Under the pieces are notes generated by a model. That model worked only from the letters and a program-made list of their open reading frames with translations. It was not told the origin of the DNA and did not search any database. From positions 15,562,001-15,626,000 of the forward strand of contig OZ059897.1 of the NCBI GenBank assembly GCA_964057225.1: DNA of 64,000 nucleotides, given 5' to 3'. The DNA is from Auanema rhodensis (Eukaryota > Animalia > Nematoda). The position numbers and the translations under genes are program-made. This document shows, one piece after another, positions 56,601 to 64,000 of this stretch (position 1 is the first letter of the stretch; every line of letters starts with the position of its first letter).

Positions 56601-58856
56601 CATCCTGAATTCACAACTTCAAACGACAAAATTTTCCATTTTAACTGTTTCCATATGCAAAAAACTAAAGGACACGGCTTAGAAACAGGCACTGCAACTC
56701 TACCACCTGCAGGTTTTCCAGACAGTTCGCTGTTGAAATCAAATAATTGTTGTTTTATTTGAAGAGCTACATCATGGACCTAAATGCAGTTACGGTATTC
56801 TTCAATCACCAGGTGGTCGACCAGTTGGCACCGTCTCAATGGGTCAGAAAGTGCTTCATGAATGGTCATGCGATCAAACAACGGTATGATATTTTTTTAT
56901 TAAACCAAGAAAAGTTAAAAGGAAAAGTTGAATAGATAATTGAAGCTAATTATTCAGTTAGATACATCCAACATTAAAGAGCTTTAACTATTTCCTTCCT
57001 GTTTAATCATTGTCCTCGTAATTGACAATACACAAAATTTCTCTTCTGTCATCTAAATTTCCTTTACCAACCCGAGAGAGATATCTTCAAATTCAGCTCA
57101 TTAGTTTTTCTGTTTTCAGGAATTCTGTCTAATTATTCGTAATTGTGCTCTGGTAGCTGGACAGACTAGACATGAACTGATCGGAGCAGATGGCTGCTCA
57201 AAAGATACCACAATTTTACCAAATCTGGAATACAAGAACCAGGCAAGAAAGGCTATAATTTTTTAATTCAAAAGTAAAGAAAATCTGAAAAATCCTAACG
57301 GTCGTAAATTCTTTTCTAATCTTCAATGGCTGTCACAGAAACAATTTCATCCAGTTTTGTAATCACAGCTAATTCGTCTTTGAGTTTCTATTACATTCAT
57401 TCAACATTGATTTTCAGTTTGATGACCAAACGTGAAACAGGCTTAAGATTTTTGACAAATTTTCACAATCGTTGATAGCAGATTATACTGAGACCTTGAA
57501 TTTTCTTTTGAATTCCTTAAAGGGCTAATAAGAGGTCGAGGAAGGATGAGTGACGGATCTAACGGCCTGCTTAGTCCTATTATGCTCTCAAATAGAATTA
57601 TAGACAACAACCGGAAAAGGCTCAAATCAGTGAGTGTGTGTGTGTGTCCGAGCATATAACAGTAGCTGAGAAGGTCAATTCTTTAAGAAGAAATTCGTAT
57701 TAGATTTATCTTCTTATATTTGGAAAGTTTTAGGGTCGTTTGATGACATATTTGAAAACAAGATCAATTGAGTTTCAACTCCCTTTTTTGATGAAAAATA
57801 ATTTTTTAAATAGTTCATGTCGGCAAACTTCAAAACACTAGATATTGAATATGAAGTGTCAAGCGAAAGTATGCTTTGATGAATAAGTTTTGAATTTTAT
57901 TCTCTGAGGAAATGTTGCTCATTATGCAAATGAGTTCATAAGCATGACGCCTGTGTATGGTTATACATCAAGTATGACGCTTTTATCTCATATTTGTCAA
58001 TTTGCTTTAAAAAGAAATTCATTGGTATTCCATTTTTCTTTTTATTACAAAGGGATAATTAAATAAAAAAAAGATAATATGTGCATATAAGCTATATGAA
58101 TAATTAAAAAATAAAAATTATGTAACGAATAGAAACTTATAACTAAATCAATTGTTTTATCCTAAAATGTCATAAGAAACATGAAATATTATATACAGTA
58201 TATGTATTATATATTTAAATTTTAACTCTGAATTCTATAATTTTATATTTTCAGACATACATTTCACAAAATGTTTCCGTTTTTGGAGTTTCTGCCGCTT
58301 CACTTGTGTACTTTGAATGTGAAATAGTTCTTCTTCCATCATATGGTGATGATCAATGTCAAAAACCTCAATGTCAAAATAATCTTCGGAAGAAGTAGAT
58401 TTCTTAGAAATGCTAACTATATGTATATAAACTTATTTCCAGAAGACATGATGAGAATGATCCGAACAAAACTATGGAAGTTCGTTCACAACGAATTGAA
58501 ATTTCTGAACTTGGTAAGATATCATATTTCTATTCTCTTTATTCACACAATATTTTGTTTTATAATATTTATTTTTAGAACCTCCTCCATCAGAATATAC
58601 TGAAGATTCTATTCATTTAGCGAAATGTGAAGAATCTCAGCCACAAATATCACAATCTGAAGAACTATGTGTATCATTAAGCACATTTGCTATATCATTA
58701 TCACTCATAGTATGCGTAAGTTTTAATTATCAATTAATTTTTTAATGTTTTATTGTTTTTTTTACTTTTTAGATCGCACTTTTTGTGGTTTTATTAGCTT
58801 CAATTGCACTTCTTCAACGATATAAATACTATAATGTGGCGAACAATACTTCCTAG
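53681..58856 (+). CDS. Cuticlin-like zona pellucida (ZP) domain protein: signal peptide, ZP, furin site, C-terminal TM
   Basis: Exon 1 (53681-53793) MILSHSIAVLLLLCSHGITHAQE...VVGEPYVN splices in phase to 56337 CAADAVYVKFKTNVTFEGHVNVK. Then CSVTRRRSLNPPG, VSFHPEFTTSND, CSYGIL, VLHEWSC, LIGADGCSKD..ILPNLEY, LVYFECEI, RKKR, and TM LCVSLSTFAISLSLIVCIALFVVLLASIALL. Stop TAG at 58854-58856. Confidence 0.9.
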
Positions 58857-60595
58857 TCGGCTAATTTATGAAGAAAAAAATTCATTTTTCAAAGAGCTTA
58901 TTTAATTTTCACTAAGTCATACAAATATTTTTTTTTTGATTTATATGGAAGAAATTTTTTAAAAATTCTCCGTCTTTTTTTCTAAACATCTATCCTCCTT
59001 CATGTCTCGGTGCTTCATTTTCTGTGATATTTAATTTGTTTTTATAATGAATTTTGAACCATTGATTAAGCCGGTAATCAAATGTTTTGCCTTGAAATAT
59101 ATTTGTTTCTAAACATTGTTCCTAACAGTTACATTAGAAAAATGCTTTGTTCTATATTTTATACCAGAAATTTCCAAAGATTATAACGTTATAGTTGTTA
59201 TAATACTATGTATTAGCTTAGCCTTTTGCCACTACTCCATAGAATATGATTTTGATTCTTTCCTGACTTTCTGGATCTCTTATTCTTTTTTCATCGTTTT
59301 TCTTGTATTTTGATACTTCGCTCAGATTAGAAAAATTAAATGTGTGCCTAACGAATTAGTCTATGTTTTTCTCAGGTTTTTTAATGTTTATTTTGAATAA
59401 AGAATTGTATGTATTAAATATATATATATATATGTTTTATGAAAAGTATATTGTGAGAATGTTTCATCCCTTTTTCAATTTTATCTTTTAAATTTTTAAA
59501 AAAACAGAAAAAATAAGGAATTCATATCAAAGCTTATTTTAAAATATAAGACGAAATTTCCCAACATCATGTATTTAGTTTGATTTAATTTAGCGTGAAC
59601 ATTGGTTGCATTTTCTAAAAATAAATTTGAATCATAATAGAACAAAAATTTCTGACAAAATGTTGAAAGAATGTTCTGGCTTATTGTAGGTGAATCATCA
59701 GCTAACATTTTGACTGTCTCTCACATTTTTTATTTTGCTAACTACTTCTTTGAATAGATAGTCACCGTAGATATAAAAAAATTGAATACTAATCTATTGA
59801 ATGAATACTTTACACATGTGATTCCTAAATTTTACATTTTTTATTTAAAAAAGAAAAGAAGCAAAATTCATTTTTCTTTATCTCAAAGATTTCAATCAAA
59901 CATGTGAAATATGATGTTTTTAATTTTTTCTATACTATATACATGTATATATATACTGAAAATATATTAATTCGGTTTCTTTTACAATTTTCTTTCAAAA
60001 CTCTTTCTTATGAACTAAAGATTTAGTTTCATGTATTTCTTGTATCATCACTCTTTTTCTTTATTAAACGTTTATAATTATGTATAAAAATTGAAATATA
60101 AAGTAAGCAACATATCTAAAAAAATAGTCATTCCTATCATTGGATGCTCAATTGATACAGTTATATCAGCTTCGGATGCAAGAGTGTGTACATTGATTGA
60201 ACAAGTTTATAACAATACTTCATTATATAATATTTACGAGTCGTTCATGATAGAAGTTATTCAAATAAGATTCTATCAAGTAACAACCATTTTGACCAAA
60301 AATTTTTATCTCTATCATTGATAAAATATTTTTAAATTGCTATATTCAAAGCATTTCTACAAATTATTGACTAATATTTTGATATTTCTGATGGGGCTGC
60401 GAAGAATACTTTTCATATACACATATATATATTATATATGAATCTCCTTCTAAAAATAATTCTTCTTTCATATTTTCAATTTTAAGTTTTTAAATATTAT
60501 CATTCTTAAAAAATATCTTGATTCTTCTGCATTTATTGCCAACTTCTTGTAGAATAAAAGTTTTTGAACAATTTTCATTTTTGACAAAATTTTAG

Positions 60596-63500
60596 AAGTG
60601 GTTCACAGTCAGATGTTTGTAATTCAAGTCCATGAGTGGAATAACATTATAATTTCTGAAATCACAGTTGTGTATCCCCTTATAGACTCTCTGATACAAG
60701 CTTCGAGAGTTTTCTTAGTCGGAAACACCGTAGATGAAACATTCTTTAGTTTCTCGGCATACACCACCAAAAATATCTTTTATTATAATTATATATATAT
60801 TAGATATACTAAACATGTGTATACATTTCATGATTCATATTTAATAAAAGATTTTTAAGATCAAAAAGCTGCTATTAGAATCACGTTATTCATTTTCGAT
60901 TGAATATTATCAAGATTGGGTTATGATTTAAAACTATATCTCATAATTTTGATTTCAAAAAACTACTTTATAAACATATTTGTAGAATCTTTTCTAGAAT
61001 TAGATATATAGCTATAGTTCTTTTAAAATATTTGTTTTATAAATTATATTTATTATTACTTTTTACTTCTTATTTTACTTCTTATTACTTATTATCTCAA
61101 TCATTTTTTTTTCAAATTCATTTTAATCATATGAATGTCATTATATTCAAACTTCAAATGTTGTTAGAATGCATTAAAATAAAGTTTTTCTTAATTTTCT
61201 ATATTATTATTCAATTCTCTTTAATAAAAAATTATATTTTCTTATTGTTTTTTATTTTTTTTACCGTTTTACAACTAATTCAAAAACTGATTTTAGCATA
61301 TTGGAACCTTTGGTTGTTATTGCCCACAAGAGGTGATTAATTTATATAATTATCTATTATATAACTAAAATAATATTTATTGAAATAAATAAACAAACAG
61401 ATATTCCTATATCTTTTAAATATTTCAAAATAATTTCTTTAATTATGCTTTATTAAGTTTTAAGAAGAATTAAATGTTTCTTTTTTCCATCATTAGAACA
61501 ATACAACTGGGTCATCTCCAAATTTTAAATTCTTATTTCTATTTTTTATTTTTATTTTATTAAAATATTTGTTTCAGCGACCTTTTACGCTTTTAATGCC
61601 AATAACATTTCTAATTACTTTTCCAATAACTCCAATCCAATCATGTTCAGTTATATGGCACAAATATGGTAGAAGTAATTTTTATTTGTTATTTATTTGA
61701 ATATTATATTTTTGTTTAGATAAATACATAATGGATAACAAAATTCATGCAGTAGATCAATTTCCAATAATTAATCTTGACATGACAAAGCGATGTCTAC
61801 AAATATCAGACAAAATGAGTGCAACGAAGAAGAATCCTCAGCCAAAAGCGGAGAAGAATCCTCAGCCTAAAGCGGAGAAGAATCCACAGCCTAAAACGGA
61901 GAAGAATCTTCAGCCAAAAGCGGAGAAGAATCCACAGCCTAAAGTAGAGAAGAATCCTCAGCCAAAAGCGGAGAAGAATCCACAGCCTAAAGTAGAGAAG
62001 AATCCACAGCCTAAAACGGAGAAGAATCCTCAGCCAAAAGCGGAGAAGAATCCTCAGCCTAAAGCGGAGAAGAATCCACAGCCTAAAACGGAGAAGAATT
62101 CTCAGCCTAAAGCGGAGAAGAATCCTCAGCCTAAAGCGGAGAAGAATCCACAGCCTAAAACGGAGAAGAATTCTCAGCCTAAAGCGGAGAAGAATCCTCA
62201 GCCTAAAGCGGAGAAGAATCCACAGCCTAAAGTAGAGAAGAATCCACAGTCTAAAGCGGAGAAGAAACCACAGCCTAAAGCGGAGAAGAATCCACAGCCA
62301 AAAGCGGAGAAGAATCCACAGCCTAAAGTAGAGAAGAATCCACAGTCTAAAGCGGAGAAGAAACCACAGCCAAAAGCGGAGAAGAATCCACAGCCTAAAG
62401 TAGAGAAGAATCCACAGTCTAAAGCGGAGAAGAAACCACAGCCTAAAGCGGAGAAGAATCCACAGCTACTGCATAGAAGTGCTCCATCGTCGATCAACAA
62501 GGATTTTTTTCAATATTATATACCTAAAGTCAAAAGTCAGATTATTGATACAGGCAATTAAACTTTATCTTGAACACGAGTCAATAATTAATTAAATTTT
62601 AGATCCATGTAAAGATTTAAATGATGCTATACTTGTTTTTCGAAAGGATCGGGCACAAGGAATGAAGACTATTGCAGACACAGTTCAGAAATATGCTTTT
62701 CAATTGGCATTACATGACGAGTCCTATAAAGATCGACAAACATACACTACTTATCTATCATCATCTCTGGCACCACCATATCGCTTGGAATGTATCATAG
62801 AGAACTCGAAAGGAAAACTCAACGGATGGTCTGAAAGAGAAATGATTTCTGCTAAAATTTGGAGAACTTGTGACAGTGGAGAAGATGAACTATGTGTATT
62901 ACCGTTAATCATATTATCAATTGATTCTAATGGATATCAATCTTTCATCCGTTTAATTGCTCCATCATCATCTCATAAGATGTTAACTTTAGTTTTAAAG
63001 AATGGTTCAAGATTTAAGGCTAATCTTAAGCTATCTTCTAATTGCTGTCAGCAATTAAATATTCAACGTTTCCAAAGTTTTATACAAAACAGTTCTTCAA
63101 TTGCTCTGATATATCTTCAACTTTATGCGTCATCATTGACATCATCAGAAAAAAAGAATATTTGCTTCCCCTATTTTCCGAAAAACATATATCACATCAG
63201 CCAATTAATAAGCCTGCAAGGAAAGAAACTCTGTTTGAATAACGAACAATACAAAGCTATACAGCTAGCATGTAGTGATCACCCGTCTGTAGCAATTCAA
63301 TCTGCTTTCGGATCAGGTAAAACCTTAGTAGCAGCATTGATAGCTGCATGCTTTGCTTCAAGTTCACAAAACAAAACAGTTTTAATAGTATCTGAGACGA
63401 ATGCCGCTGTAGCACAGATTGCTAAGACGCTTAATAATTTAGACGATTTTCAATATCTGAATCCTATCCGCATCGTTGCTGATTCTGCTGACACTTTCAG

Positions 63501-64000
63501 TCGTCTATTATTTTCTCGATCTGGAGAAACGAATATCGATCTTCATAAACTATTTGACCGAATTTTGACTTATGATTTAAGTGGCCCCGAACGTACTTTA
63601 ATTTTAAAATTCAAACAAAAGTATGATATATTAGAGAAATACGTAACGGATGCTTCATCACGCCTTAACCTTGTTCAACCACCCAGAAAACAAACTGATC
63701 AAGAAGCTGATATTGGGTTCAAATTTCAACAATTGGGCATGACAATCCAAAATGACTTCAGGCGAGTCGTTGAAATAGTACTCAGATACCACAAACCTCG
63801 CATAATCGGAATCACTGCAAGTAAACTTTTGAAAGCATTGGAAAATAAAGCAACCAATGTGCATTCTATTGAATACTTTGCTTTAAATTCTGAAATGGTT
63901 ATCATTGATGAAGCTTCTCAACTTGCTGAAATTACTTTCCTGCAACTTCTCTCTCAACTACCAAATGCCAAATTCCGTCTAATAGGTGATCTTTACCAGT
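60596..64000 (+). CDS. Upf1/DNA2-NAM7-like superfamily 1 helicase with N-terminal 8-aa tandem repeat (3' partial; 5' exons tentative)
   Basis: Open frame from 62603 to the window end: Q motif LNNEQYKAI, Walker A AIQSAFGSGKT, motif Ia LIVSETNAAVAQI, Walker B VIIDEASQL, motif III LIGDLYQ. It splices in phase to the repeat exon (61720-62553). Phase-compatible upstream exons are 61578-61668, 61297-61332, 60860-60919 and 60596-60816. The true start was not found. Confidence 0.75.
61827..62465 (+). repeat. Coding minisatellite: ~26.6 copies of a 24-bp unit encoding EKNPQPK[A/V/T]
   Basis: Unit GAGAAGAATCCwCAGCCwAAAGyG; frame preserved throughout. Confidence 0.97.

Noticed and set aside
59496-59708. 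Minus ORF with LENATNVHA, similar to helicase LENKATNVHS
   Set aside because: The similarity does not extend to the flanks or the Walker B motif; probably coincidental.
62198-62500. Minus-strand Cys-rich repeat ORF (CGFFSAL)
   Set aside because: It is the antisense shadow of the 24-bp coding repeat.

Overview
This is AT-rich eukaryotic DNA from a compact rhabditid (clade V) nematode. The assignment is inferred from close protein similarity to C. elegans genes, very dense ~36-50 nt introns and trans-splice-like acceptors directly before start codons. I spliced the exons by hand and can support 16 protein-coding genes. In order: clh-5 (ClC-3/4/5 type, 5' partial), SNAPC1/snpc-1, glutaminase glna-2 (minus), an astacin-EGF-CUB metalloprotease, a small unknown membrane protein, mitochondrial ALDH alh-1, VPS35L, a 345-aa unknown protein, HTATIP2, glycogen synthase gsy-1, SEC62 (minus), NDUFB3, SFT2D3, calmodulin-like cal-2 (minus, nested in an SFT2D3 intron), a ZP-domain cuticlin, and a 3'-partial Upf1/DNA2-NAM7-like SF1 helicase with a 27-copy 8-aa repeat. 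About 15 kb (38.7-53.6 kb) has no recognisable coding gene. The best novelty candidate is the 345-aa protein at 21008-22324. By eye it follows the C-terminal half of vertebrate FAAP100 (coiled coil, beta-sandwich, alpha/beta domain) but lacks the beta-propeller, in a phylum where the Fanconi core-complex ligase module is generally regarded as missing. Other points of interest: the nearly intronless helicase, relaxed 3' splice sites (many AAG/GAG) and GC donors, the nested cal-2/SFT2D3 pair, probable operons, and a perfect TRA-1/GLI site upstream of the cuticlin. All homology calls come from recalled sequences and motifs; no searches were run.
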